Source: the human T2T-CHM13v2.0 reference genome, Homo sapiens
DNA: 64,000 nt
Direction: 5' to 3' (one strand)
NCBI RefSeq assembly: GCF_009914755.1
Contig: NC_060929.1
A program made the translations under genes and the position numbers. The notes beneath the pieces were generated by a model that saw only the letters and a list, made by a program, of their open reading frames with translations, had not been told where the DNA came from and ran no database searches. Within the stretch, counting starts at the first letter, position 1. Each line of letters starts with the position of its first letter. This document shows positions 1 through 18,939 of the stretch, one piece after another.

Positions 1-13
1 AAGAAAATGAAGA

Positions 14-285
14 GGCTGGGTGTGGTGGCTCATGCCTGTAATCCTAGCACCGTGGGAGGCCAAGGTGTGAGGATTGCTTGAGCCCAGGAGTTTGAGACCA
101 GCCTGGGCTGAACATGATAAGACCTCATCTCTACCAAAAAAAATTAAGAAATAGGCATGCATGGTGAAGCATGCCTGTAGTTCCAGCTACTCAGGAGGAT
201 GAGGTACGAGGATTCCTTGAGTCTATGAAGGTGAGATTGCAGTGAAGAGTGTTCACACCACTGCATCCTGGGAGACAGAGCAAGA
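14..285 (+). mobile_element. AluJ-type SINE
   Basis: Starts GGCTGGGTGTGGTGGCTCATGCCTGTAATCC; J-type GGATTGCTTGAGCCCAGGAG; both arms present, heavily diverged; tail runs into a GA-rich repeat. Confidence 0.9.
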
Positions 286-414
286 AAAGAAGAAAGAAGA
301 AAGAAAGAGAGAGAGGAAGGAAGGAAGGAAGGGAGGAAGGAAGGAAGGAAGGAAAGGAGGAGGAGGAGAAGGAAGAAGGGGAAGGGGAATAAGGAGAAGG
401 AGGAGGAGGAGAAG
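283..414. repeat. GA-rich simple repeat ((GAAA)n/(GGAA)n/(GGA)n)
   Basis: Almost pure purine tract seen directly; accounts for the low-complexity ORFs at 144-574. Confidence 0.95.
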
Positions 415-454
415 ACATCAGAGAGATTTCTTCCCCTCCCTCCCTCCCTTCCCA

Positions 455-660
455 CACAAGCACAGAGGAAAGGCCATGTGTGAGCATGGCAAGAGGGCAG
501 CCATCTACAAGCCAAGAAGAGAGGCCTCGCTGGACACCTCCCCTGATAGCACCTTGATCTTGGACTTCTAACATGCAGAACTGTGAGAAAATAAAAGTCT
601 GCTGTTTAAGCCATGACTCTATGGTGCTTTGTTATGAGGGATGGCCTGAGCAGATTAAGG
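455..660 (+). mobile_element. MLT1A/B-type MaLR LTR, 3' part
   Basis: GCAGCCATCTACAAGCCAAGAAGAGAGGCCTC...CACCTTGATCTTGGACTTC...AGAACTGTGAGAAAATAAA match the recalled MLT1 3' half. Confidence 0.8.
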
Positions 661-689
661 TACTTACCATCTACAGGAGACTCATGGCC

Positions 690-1105
690 TCATCTCTGCT
701 TATCACATCATTGTGTTGATTTCCTTCATCTCATTTATCATAATTAATAATGGTTTTAATTTATTTACTTATGTGTTTATTTTCTGTCTTCCTTCCTAGA
801 GCATAAACTCCGTTAAGATCATTCTGAATGTTTCGTAAATTGTCTATGGGAGGAGAGAGGAAGTAAGGACATTAGGAGGCCATGATAGTTCAAGGAAGAG
901 AAAATGGCAGCTTGCAATAAGGTGTCCATGGGAGAGGAACATGGATGAATTGAGACCTGTTTGGGTGGTATGAACCAAAAGGACTTGCTGGTGATGTGAT
1001 CTTGGAGGCAGCGGTGAAGGAAAGAGAATAATCTATAATAACACCAAAGTCTGGGACTTGAGGAGGTAGAGAATGGTGGGGTTATTTTAAGAGATGTGAG
1101 CTAAC
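690..1105. mobile_element. Old LINE2 fragments
   Basis: TTTACTTATGTGTTTATTTTCTGTCTTCC...CTAGAGCATAAACTCC (L2 3' end) and a purine-rich reverse L2-like stretch; highly diverged. Confidence 0.5.
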
Positions 1106-1156
1106 ATAAGATCATTTCTATCATTATTAACACCATTGATTCTTCTTGTTCTAGCC

Positions 1157-1236
1157 TAGTGCTCCTCAAAATCGAAATGTAAATAGGAATTACCTGGGAA
1201 TCTTGTTAAAATGCAGATTCTGATTTAGTATCTGGA
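1157..1236. mobile_element. MER5A hAT-Charlie fragment
   Basis: GGAATTACCTGGGAATCTTGTTAAAATGCAGATTCTGATTTAGTA is the typical MER5A core. Confidence 0.75.
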
Positions 1237-1249
1237 CACTCTGTCATGT

Positions 1250-3500
1250 TCAATTGATCTATAGATCTATAGCAGTGTATTCTTCCTCTAATACACTGCT
1301 TTATTACGGTAGGTTCATATATAATCTTAAAACCAGGAAGTATGATTCCTTCAACTTTACTCTTCCTTTTCAAAATTGTGTCCTAACTTTGCTAAACTCA
1401 CTTATGAGTTCTAGAGAAGAATTTTCTCAAATTATTGAAAGAAAACAAACCACAGATCCAAGAATCCCAAAGAAATCCATGGATGTTACATACAAAGGGA
1501 AATCCATGGATGATACATACAAAGGAAAATAAAACTAAGCACATCTTACTTGAAGTGCTGTAAACCAAAAATAAAGAGAGCACCTTAAAGGCAGCCAGAA
1601 TAGGACTCACTCCATACAGTGAAACAAAATGAGAATGACAGTAGACTTCTTGTCAATAACTATGCAAACTAAAAGAGAGTGGAGCATTATCTTTAAAATA
1701 CAGTCATGTGCTGAATAATGACATTTTGTTCAATGACAGGTCACATATATGATAGCGATACCATAAGATTGTAATGGAGCTGAAAAATTTCCATTGCCTG
1801 CTGACATCTTGATAATCGTGAACCTGCATAGGCTTAAAATAATGTGTTTTTGTCTTAGTTTTTAACAAAAATGTTTAAAAAGTAAAAATAAATAAATAAA
1901 TAAAATTGTAAAAAATAGAAAAAAGCTTACAGAATAAAGATATAAGAAAGAAAATGCTTTTGGACATCTGTACAATGTGTGTTTTAAGCTAAATGTTATT
2001 ACAAAACAGCCAAAAAGTTTTTAAAAATTAAAAAGTTTATAAAATCAAAATGTTACAATAAGTGAATTTATTATTGAAGAAATTTTAAAAATAAATTTAG
2101 TGTAGCCTAAGTGTACAATGTTTATAAAATCTATGGTAGTGTACAATAAAGTCCCAGGCCATCACATTCACTCACTACTCTCACCCACCTCACTCCCCTA
2201 GAGCAACTTCCAGTCCTGCAAGCTCCATTCATGGCAAGTGCCCTATACGGTTACATCACTGTTTAATCCTTTATATCTTATTTTTACTGTACCTTTTCTA
2301 CATTTAGCTATGTTTAGACACACAAATACTACTGTGTTATAATTGCCTACAGTATTCAGTGCCATAACGTGCTGTGCAGTAATATACTGTATTTAGTATA
2401 GTAACAGGTTTGTAGCCTAGAAACAATAGGCTATACCACATAGCCTAGGTGTATAGTAGGCTGTACCATCTAAGTTTGTGTGATAGTCACACTCTCTGAT
2501 GTTCATGCAGTTGACAAAATTACAAAATTGCCTAACAACACATTTCTCAGAACATATCCCCAACATTAAGCAATGCATGACTGTATTGAAAAGGAAGAAA
2601 GAAAAAAACTCTCAAGCCAGAGAAGACACAAATTATAAATTACCAATTTCAGGAATGAAAGAGAAATCATTGGCATAGATCCTACAAACTTTATAAGAAT
2701 AATGAAAAACTATTACCCACCTTCTACATTTCTACTACCTCATATACATAAATTTGACACTTTAGATGAAATGGATAAACTAACTAGAAGGCACAAAATT
2801 CCAAAGCTCTCTCAAGAAAAGATGATAATCTGAAAAGCCCTATACCTTTTAAATAAATTGAATTTATATTTTAAAAAGTTCTTATTGATGAATTTTATTA
2901 AACATTTAAGGAAGAAACAATACAAATTTTACACAAAATATTTCAGAACGTAGATGTGGGAACCCTTTCCAACACATTTTATGAAGCCAGCATTACTCTG
3001 ATACCAAAACCACAGACCAATATCTCTCATGTATATCAAGAAAATCTATAACAAAATATTAGCAAGCCAAATCCTCCTATATCATCATGATAAAGTTGGG
3101 TTCATCCCAGGAATATAGTTGGTTCAATTTTTAAAGAATCAATCAACATAATTCACCATGTCCATACACTAATAGGAAAAACCATATATTGATCTGCCTA
3201 GATGCAGAGAAAACATTTGTCTAAATTGAATATTCATCAATGACAGACTCTCTGCAAACTAGGAACACAAGAAAACTTCCTCAAGCAGATAAATTACATC
3301 TACAAAATATCTTTAGGTAAAATCATACTCAATCATGAAAAAACAAATGCTTTCTTTTAAGATAGGAAATGAGGCAAGGATGTCTGCAAAGGAATACAGG
3401 TTGGAAAGAAAGGAAATAATTTTCTTTATACCAAAATGACCTGATTATTTATGTAGGAAATCACAAAGAATTTATGAAAAGGTATGTAAAATGAAATTTA
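1250..3500 (+). mobile_element. Ancient L1M fragments (ORF1/ORF2 relics), interrupted by Tigger3; 1250-1395 is a reverse-oriented piece
   Basis: L1 relic motifs GAAGAATTTTCTCAAATT...CAGATCCAAGAA (ORF1); TTAGATGAAATGGATAAAC, TTTTATGAAGCCAGCATTACTCTGATACCAAAACCA and GATGCAGAGAAAACATTTG (ORF2). Confidence 0.75.
1701..2583 (+). mobile_element. Tigger3b (Golem/MER7 family) TcMar DNA transposon, internally deleted
   Basis: Terminal inverted repeats CAGTCATGTGCTGAATAATG ... CATTAAGCAATGCATGACTG, with TA on both sides (1699-1700, 2584-2585). Confidence 0.9.
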
Positions 3501-3550
3501 TCAGAATTTCTGTTTGTAGGCAGATCCTGTGGCAATACAACAAAAAACAG

Positions 3551-3575
3551 GTATATGTATATATATATACACATA

Positions 3576-3606
<31 letters not shown>
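3551..3606. repeat. (TA)n/(TG)n microsatellite with palindromic core
   Basis: Alternating purine-pyrimidine tract; the core ACACATATATATGTGT is a perfect palindrome. Confidence 0.95.
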
Positions 3607-3607
<1 letters not shown>

Positions 3608-3624
3608 AAACAGTTTGTAGGTGA

Positions 3625-3790
3625 AAGAAACTTGATTTGATAAATATTTTCCCAGATTTGACCACAATCCTAAATACTTGCACTGCATAACCAATAACAA
3701 GTTATAGAGCTGAAAATTTTCTGAACTCTCAATAGTGAAAGATAATTTAAATCATTTAAAATTTTAAAAAGTTCCTACTAGAAACAATCA
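3625..3790 (+). mobile_element. Possible hAT-Tip100-type DNA transposon relic
   Basis: TTTTCCCAGATTTGACCACAATCCTAAA...ACCAATAACAAGTTATAGAGCTGAAA resembles a hAT transposase C-terminal relic; family from memory only. Confidence 0.4.
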
Positions 3791-3794
3791 TAAA

Positions 3795-3920
3795 ATCACA
3801 GAATATTTGAGCAGCCCAGGATTTTAGGACTCACTTCCTAGCCTTATTTTACAAAAAAAGAAACTCAGAGGTTAAGTAATTTGCCATAGGTCATCCTGCT
3901 AGTTAGTAGCAGATCTTGGT
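3795..3920 (-). mobile_element. MIR
   Basis: ATTTTACA...GAAACTCAGAGGTTAAGTAATTTGCCATAGGTCA is the reverse MIR core. Confidence 0.7.
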
Positions 3921-3944
3921 GTTTTGAGGAATCAATATTACTAC

Positions 3945-4110
3945 CTTATTTTTACTGTACCTCTTCTATATTTAGCTATGTTTAGATGCACAAATACTTC
4001 TGTGTTGTTACAATTGCCTACAGTATTCAGTGCAGTAACATGCTGTACAAATAACATACTGTATGCAGTACAGTAGCAGGTTTGTAGCCTAAGAACAATA
4101 GGCTATACCG
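3945..4110 (+). mobile_element. Tigger3b internal fragment, second copy of 2277-2438
   Basis: Colinear match to 2277-2438 (TTATTTTTACTGTACC ... CAATAGGCTATACC); no terminal inverted repeats. Confidence 0.85.
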
Positions 4111-4424
4111 TAAGGGACAGACTTAGGAGTCAGAGAGATAAAGTGTTAACTTTCCTGGTGATGAGAATAATTAGAGAAAAAGAAATCTTAGGCATGACAC
4201 CAAATGGGCATACTAATATTCATTCCTGATTTAGGAATCTTACTTACCCAGTCATTAGGTAGGCAACTTCAGGTGTCTCTTTCTAGATAAAAACCCCTAT
4301 TACCTCATGGCAAAAGATAGATCACAAAACATGCTCTCTGCCGGTAGCCTGATCCCAAATAGAAGAAGGCGTTGAGTTGTATATGCTTGATTCTTCCTTC
4401 TAAATTTATGAATCAGATTACAAC

Positions 4425-4545
4425 CTCATCACCTGGGGTAGGGGCCTCTCTTCCTCCCCTCTCTCATTCACTATTCTGTTCCCATCACCTAACACAGTGC
4501 CTGGAACATAACAGGTACTCAAAAAATATACACTGAATGAATGCA
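4425..4545 (+). mobile_element. LINE2 3' end
   Basis: CACCTAACACAGTGCCTGGAACATAACAGGTACTCAAAAAATATACACTGAATGAATG. Confidence 0.75.
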
Positions 4546-5656
4546 CGCATTGTAGTTCCTTAAGTAATCTGCACACTCCAGTGATGAGTCAAATGGTATG
4601 TAGCCTTAAGAAAGTCACAGTTTTAGAGAAATCAATATATAGGCAAAAATAGTAAAATTATTCAATCATCTAACAAAATTCAAGCCCTGAATTTACTTTT
4701 CCATGTATTTTCCAGTCATGAAGCATATCATTTCTGTCTTAGAAACACTGTGTTGAACAAAGACGCTTCCATCTACCCTACTCCCCATATAAATAAACGT
4801 GTTTGCAAAGGTTGGTTTGTGACAGTTGTACCTGGCTGCAGTCACAAACTGCCATTTGACTTCTGTTTACATTTGTTATGCATAGTTCTGTGATAGGTTG
4901 CAGCATTCTCTTCCTCATGAGTGAAAAGGAAAAACTCGGCTCAAACTGGTCACCAAAAATTAATCATTGTGTGTTCACGCCTTCTCTGGAGCAATATACT
5001 TTAAATAAAACTGAAGTTGTATAGTCATGCATTGATAGTCTTTTTAAAAAGCTAACTTTTAAAACTGGAAACTCTACCAAGGCAGAAAAATATCTATGCT
5101 GGTCACAAAATGAAAAGGCATAATCTCATTTTCAGTTATCACAAAGAAAACACATTAAACAACTATTCATTTGAAGATAAGAATAGGATTCTGTATCTAT
5201 CATCATTCAAAAACTCCTATATCCTTTCTCTATAAAATATGCTCAGAATATCTGAGGCAATATCTCACTTTTTTCCTCAGAAACTCCTCTATTAAAAAAG
5301 ATAAAATTAACTATTTGCAGGTATGAAGGGTTGGTGGAGGGAAAGAAAGGGTGGAGATATATATACCTTCAGACACGCTGGAGAAAGAAATACTTTTAAT
5401 TTTAACCAGTAGATTTTAACCTCCTCTAAAAAAATTAGTTTGATTTGTTGGAAAGGTAACTTTTATTATTTCAGCCAGCTTAAAAAATAGTCTTACATGA
5501 CAGATGCAAATCAAATTGTAGTACAGTATTTGTTTTTTCTACCACCGTGGAAGGTAAAGCTTCAGGGGTAGGAATTCAGATGAAAGTTATTCTGATGATA
5601 CACAGGGTAGAGTAGATAGAAGCCAGGTCACTTTCATAACAATATGGACTTCAAGG

Positions 5657-5767
5657 CTGACAGTAGTACAACTTGTGTTTGGGGCCAACACGTACTGTCA
5701 GAACATACACGCAACCCTCACTGGTGTTGCGTGTGAGTGAATGAGGACATTGGTTGGACCTCTGTCA
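5657..5767. promoter_or_regulatory. Candidate bHLH-PAS (AHR/ARNT, HIF) plus TALE-motif enhancer core
   Basis: Inverted XRE pair CACGCAA (5708-5714) and TTGCGTG (5727-5733); HRE CACGTA (5689-5694); three TGACAG motifs (5658, 5695, 5762); non-repeat DNA with retained CpGs. Motif evidence only. Confidence 0.4.
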
Positions 5768-6366
5768 GCAAACAGATGTGATCCAGAGACACATGGGGAG
5801 CTGCAGCTATGGTTCATTAGGAAGATGACATCTTTTACAGAGTCTCTTTTCTAACTCTAATCATGGTCTCAGGTTGATGTGGCCAAACATGGAACTTGGG
5901 AGTTTTAACAAAATCAAGCCTGTCTCAGATGTAGTGAAATCCCCCATCAGAAAGGATTAAAGTCATTCATTGAGCAATTTTAAATATCCAAATTATCTTC
6001 AAAATGATTCCCTATGTTAACACGGTATTTCTGAAAATCTAAACCAATCTAAAATAAACCCAAATATTTTTGTTTAACCAAGCGACCTCCTCATTAGTTC
6101 AGAGCAACGACTCTGCTCTGTTAGAAGGAGGCATACTATTTGATTTCCTGACCTTGTTCTACTTCTATCCCAAATGTTGTATGCCATTCCTATTTTTAAA
6201 TATGTTACTCTGCCTTTGAAATCATTTTTCAAAACTTTTTGGTTCATTTTGGAATAATTACAGATGTGCTGGGTGCCTTTACATGAGGTTTGAAGAAGAA
6301 AAATAAAAATATTGTCTCTAAAATAGACTCTTTTTCATCTAATTAAATAAAGTAAGAGTTAAGTGT

Positions 6367-6755
6367 TGATGTGGTTTGAGTTTGTGGCCTCATCCAAATT
6401 TCATATCAAATTGTAATCCCCAATGTTGCAGGTGGGGGCCTGGTGGGAGGTGATGGGATCATGGGGGCGAATTTCCTCTTCGGTGCTGTTCTTGTGATAG
6501 TGAGTGAATTATCATGAGATCTGGTTGTTTAAAAGTGTGTGCCATCCCCACCCCTTCCTCCTGCTCTAGCCACATCTGGCAGTAAAGACGTGCCTGCTTC
6601 CCCTTTACCTTCCGTCATGATTATGTTTCCTGAGGCCTCCCCAGAAGCAAAAGCCTGTATAACCTGCAAAACCATGAGCAAATTAAACCTATTTTCTTTA
6701 TAAATTGCCCAATCTCAGGTATTTCTTTATAGCAGTGCGAGAACAAACTAACACA
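6367..6755 (+). mobile_element. MSTA-type MaLR solo LTR
   Basis: TGATGTGGTTTG...AACTAACACA termini; perfect 5-bp TSD AGTGT (6362-6366, 6756-6760). Confidence 0.92.
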
Positions 6756-8004
6756 AGTGTGTCACTCAAAGTTTGGACACAATGTCAGTTTCTACTACTG
6801 AAAGAAGAATCAAATTTTAGATATTAATTTACTTGAGAAATATGCACTGAGCTCTAAGTATGTGCAAAGACCTGTGATGAGCATCCAAGATAATAATAGC
6901 CCCATCTTCCAATTTGCCTTTCACTCTGTAACATGTTACTAAATGTAACATCCCTGCTTCTGCTATGACCTCAGGCAGAAATAATGACCACCCAATATAT
7001 GTTTTCCATGAGACAGTGGCTAAAAATGTGATCAGCATAAATGGCTGCTCATGTGGTTCCAATCACTCATCACTCATTAAAAAACAAAGTCTGTTACACA
7101 CTCGAAAGGCCAGGATTATGTAGAATAGGCCATGGTTTATACAGTGTTTAGATAACTCTGATGAATACATAATGCTTGAACACAAAAGTAGCTGCATCTC
7201 TCCCATAATCAGAATCTAAAATTACAGTGAAGGTGAGGTTGATGGGCTGCCCTCCACTCAGCGTCCTAATGCTCATTTATCAGCATTGCCATTATCAGTT
7301 TCCTTCCCAAGGTCTTTGGTTCTCTGCTTGGCTTTGTTTGAAATGCGATTTGCTTCCATAGTTTACTTGTTGTGTTTACTATAGACTATGAGCTTTACTG
7401 CCAGACGTGGCCTTTCAACCTTTTAGATTTGTGATGCACAACTATGCCTAGGAGGTAATAAGTGTTGAGCAAATCCAATAAATATGATAAGAAAGTAACC
7501 ACCTCACTGTCTAAAAAATTTTCCTGGCAAGTAGGCTAAATTTTCTTTTCTACAAATTCATATTTATTTATTTCATGCCCTGCTTGGAACTATAGGTCCT
7601 TCAGGTACAGTTTGGTTTAGACCCTAGTTCTATATTGTAACCTTCACAGTTTTTACATAAAGTCAACAACAAATTAATGAGGCCAGTGCAGACATTTGGG
7701 GGAAGACAATATATAGTCTTCCTATATTTTTCATCTACATAACCAAGCTATAAGATGATATCTTACATATATGACATGCACACAAATTTGTCTGCCACAA
7801 TCACACAAACTTCTGAGTTAGATTTTACAAATCCTACTCTATTTTGATTCTTTATGTTAATAGTCATTCTCCCCGTCTTTATTCATTTTGAAGTGAAAAA
7901 GTTAAGGAAAGAAATACAGAGATCATTAAAAATAAAATAAGAGAAATAGAATAAATTATAGAGGAGACAAAAAAATGCCTAAAATTTACCTAAGTTAAAA
8001 GATT

Positions 8005-8540
8005 TGTTGCTGTTTTTCCTGTTGGAGGCAACTGAAAACCTATCCAAAACTGGCTTAAACATAAAAAGGAAATTATTGGCTCATATATTTGAAAAGTCCA
8101 GGGAACTGCTGGCTTCAGATATTGTTTGATGCAGAGACTCAAACACCTCTGGGCCTTAGCTTCTCTCTTTACATTTCTTGACTCCGCCTCCTTGGGCAAC
8201 CTTACACTTCAAAGAAGCAGGATAACTTCAGCAAGTCTATACTTCACCTCCTCTTTGTTTTATATCCAGGAGCTAAGAGCAAGTCTCTTGCCCAGACATT
8301 TCAGCAAAAGTCTCATTTTATTAAAATGGCTCTCACTGGGTCACATGCTGATCCCAAGGGCCATGGAATACAGCACCAATACTCCCAATTTGCCTAAGTT
8401 CTTGACCCTTAAGCTAGACGAAGACAAAACCTGTGGGCTGAGAGGAGAGGAGGAGTCATTCTTTAGGGCTAATCTTGATTTGGCTATCAGAAGAAGGGCA
8501 AATGAATTCCGAGCAGCAAACACAAGTGATGTCTGCAACA
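8005..8540 (-). mobile_element. Old MLT1 (J/K/L-like) MaLR LTR
   Basis: AAAACTGGCTTAAACATAAAAAGGAAATTATTGGCTCA and CTGGGTCACATGC match the reverse of old MLT1 LTRs. Confidence 0.65.
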
Positions 8541-8683
8541 ATACCCATCCTTCAAGTCCAGTGTTGGAATTCACCCTTTCCAGTTAAGCATTTCTGAACA
8601 TCCAGTCTTGAAGCACTCTACACTGAACTCCCAAATATAATCATTGTCTCTGTCACTCCTTGGGCAACAACTTCTGCACAGCC

Positions 8684-9253
8684 TGTGATATTGTGCCCCA
8701 AGTTGTCATAAACTACTGGTTATATTTGTGCTCTTAGCTTTCCATGTGGGTCCTGGGTATTGTACCCAACCTCACATACTCATTGCCAATCTTTCCAGTC
8801 TAGATACTGGTGCAGCAATCAGCCCTATGTAGGGATAAACAGGCAGCACTTTGCCTCAGTTCCTAACTCTCACTTCCTGCCCAGGGGCTCTCTGCTGCCA
8901 ACACTGGGGATCCCACTAAGCCATTCTGATGCCTGGGCCAATCCTGAAGTATGAGAGATCCTTGACCAAGGTGGGGCAGGAGCCACTGAATACATATTCC
9001 TCTTCACTGTCTCTTGAACCAGAAATTCCAAGACATATTCTGCATCTTCTCAGTGGATACCCAAGAGGATAGAGCCCCAGTTGCCACAGCAGAAACCAGC
9101 TAGATCATGACTATTGGATTGGCTCTTCTTCAGTTCCTGTTTTAAGTTCCTAATACCCCACTCCTGTTCTTTGAAATCCATTGCTCAAATAAACCACCTG
9201 TTCTCAAGCCCTTCCCTCAGCATCTGTTTTCAGAGGGATGCTTAGGTTAAGAC
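8684..9253 (+). mobile_element. LTR33-like ERVL solo LTR
   Basis: GATAGAGCCCCAGTTGCCACAGC ... CAAATAAACCACCTG ... GGTTAAGACA terminus. Confidence 0.7.
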
Positions 9254-10099
9254 AGACTAAAAGTTCCTTGTAGGCAACCTTACTGTCTCTAGTACGGTGA
9301 AGGTAGCCAGAATATATTTGTTGACATAATTTGATTAAAATTAAAAAGGCAGCAATAAAAATGACTACCAAAGTGCAACATGTATATTTGTGGACAAATA
9401 TATAAGAAGGCACAGTTTTGAGGAGACACATGACTGTTAAAGTGCAAATATGGGAAGTTAGGCCCAGTAGCCAAAGTAAAAGAATTTCAAGTCAGCCAAA
9501 CAGTGGAACTAGGAGTACGTCACATCCTCAACATTCTATATGCCTTTAGTCACTTATTCATTCTAGATACTCAATTGCTCATTATTCCATTAATAGTAAT
9601 TTTCTTTTTTTAAGAATGTATTTTTATTTCTCCTTTAAATGATCATCCTTCAGTTCTTCCTTTACTTAGGATTTTTGACCCAGGGCAATAGAGGATGAAT
9701 GAATGAAGGAATGAATAAGTGATTGAGATTATTTCTTTAGCAAGGCAATACATTTAAAATTAAGCTATGGACAGAAAGTGGATTTTTCTGATTTGTTTTC
9801 ACATATCGTGGACTCAGTCAGAAGTTTCCTCTGTAAAGTGGGTAAGCTGCCACTCCATATCTGACAGCTAGATCACAAGGCTGCTGCCTTTAGGTAGAAG
9901 ATTAAGATTATAAAATAGGGGAAGGAATAAGTAGTCATTGCTTCTGCTTTTAAAGCATTGTGGGTTGCAGAGGGAGAGAGGCTGACTGATGGGGTGGTCA
10001 ACCACGTGTCCTTCTTTCCCAGTGTTGGAAGCACAGTGGTTTTAGAAAGGGCATAATCATGGAGTTGGCAAGGGAAACAAATAACCCATTCCATATGAT

Positions 10100-10335
10100 A
10101 ATAATAAGCATAGCTATGGTTAATGAGCCAGACACTGTGCTAAGTGCTTCCTATATCTCTTTGCAATCAAACTTCATAAGAACACTGTTGTAATTACTTT
10201 GTTTTAGTAGATAAGAAACTGAAACTTAGAGAAGACAAGTGACTAGCTCAAGTTTATATTCTGCATAAATGGCAGAAGTAGAATTTGAATGGATGTATAT
10301 CTAAGTAAAGAGCCCACATCTTTAACCACCATGCT
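10100..10335 (-). mobile_element. MIR (within the transduced segment)
   Basis: GCCAGACACTGTGCTAAGTGCTT ... AGATAAGAAACTGAAACTTAGAGAAGACAAGTGACTAGCTCAAG. Confidence 0.8.
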
Positions 10336-10476
10336 GCAATGCAATTTTCAGCAATAGTTTATCTAGAATTGAGTTGCTTTGCGTGCCTAAAAGCCCTACT
10401 TCCTTGAATCCCTCCTTCCTGATGCCAGCAAAGAGATCCATCTCTGATATAAGCCCAACTGTGTCACTGTTCCCTT

Positions 10477-10775
<299 letters not shown>

Positions 10776-10864
10776 TCAACATAGCATACACTGAGGGGAA
10801 AAATGACTAAATAAAGTCAGGGGATGAACACTTGTGCAGTGAGAAATTAGGCCCCTTGTCCAAT

Positions 10865-17604
<6,740 letters not shown>

Positions 17605-18249
17605 CCATTAACAGTAATTTTCTAAGTGAATTTAAATTTTTACTTTTTCAGGGCAATAAATATTTTATCTCAAATCCTTGCGATTTTCTCTCTTGACAGG
17701 GTCAGTGAGTTATGAAAATATTTATCTCTTTGTCAAAATAAATGTAAGGGTTGATGAGTCTGTATAAGGTTGAGCAATATCCCCAAGCTTGTAGCCTCGT
17801 GCTTTGACTCTTAAATTGCTCCTAAGTGCTACTTGACCTTTGCAATGATTATTCTTCCCATATGCTGATGGGCAAAGGAGAATGAGTAACACTTAGAGAA
17901 AACGAGATCAATAGATAACTACTCTAAATCACACACAAAGCCCATTGCCATGCCTGGAATATAAATTGTGGAAAAGAAGCCCTCTCTGAAATATACCACC
18001 ATTGTGACCTCAACATAGTAATCTTAATGGTTTAGTCTGCATTAGCAAAATAAACAAAAATTATTTCCTGCATTATCACAAAGCTATTCATCTTTGTGTT
18101 CTTTTTATTTTTATATTGACAAGTTTGTCTGGAAGACCAAAGCTGTCTAACCCTTTCTTAGGAATAGAAAGAAAGGCCAGCAGGTATAAAGTCTAACCAT
18201 TCAGATTAAGGCTCTTTGATGCCCCAGCACAAGTATAATACAGAAAGGG

Positions 18250-18935
18250 TGCAAATTAGCATGTATTGAGGACCTCTGATATGCATAGATCCTCTACATA
18301 GTGTAGTAGGCAGAATAACTGCCCACCACCCTGAAATGTTCTAATCCCTGGAACCTTTAAATATTTCCTTATATGGAAAAGGAATCCTTGCAGATGGATC
18401 TTGAGAGGGTGAGATTATCCTAGATTATCTAGGTGGGCCCTAGATGTGATCACAGGTGTCCTCATAAGAGAGAGGCAGAGGGGGGTTACACTAAAGAAGA
18501 TGAGAAGATTATGTGGCCATGGAAGCAGAGATTGCAGTGATGCAGCCACAAGCCAAGGACTGCCAGCAGCTAGCAAGAGCTAAAGGAGACAAGAAACCAA
18601 TTCTCCTTCAGACCCTCTAGAGGGAGTGCAGCCCTCCTGACACCTTGATTTCAACCCACTGATGCTGATTTCAGACTTCTAGTCTCCAGAACTATAAGAG
18701 AATAAATTTCTGTTGCATGAAGCCATCGAGTTTGTGTTAATTTTTATTGCAGTCACAGGAAACTAATACACATACGTTATTTCATTTAATCCTTATGACA
18801 AGTGTTTGGGGTAACTATCATTTCTCATTTAAAGATGAGGAAACCAAGGGTCAGAATAAGTGTCCTAAGTCACCTGACAAATTAGTAGAAAAGTGAAGTT
18901 CAGGGAAATTCCAAAGCCCAACTTCTTTTCTCATA
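18250..18935 (-). mobile_element. MIR split by an MLT1D insertion
   Basis: ATTTCATTTAATCCTTATGACAA ... AAAGATGAGGAAACCAAGGGTCAGA resumes right after the LTR. Confidence 0.7.
18302..18770 (+). mobile_element. MLT1D-type MaLR solo LTR
   Basis: TGTAGTAGGCAGAATAA ... GGAAACTAATACA; TSD CATAG/CATAC (4 of 5 match). Confidence 0.88.
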
Positions 18936-18939
18936 GCCT

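Noticed and set aside
144-574. Three overlapping ORFs of 109-127 aa
   Set aside because: Translations of an Alu, a GA-rich repeat and an MLT1 fragment.
8126-8587. 153-aa ORF
   Set aside because: Lies in an old MLT1 LTR; no recognisable domain or exon structure.
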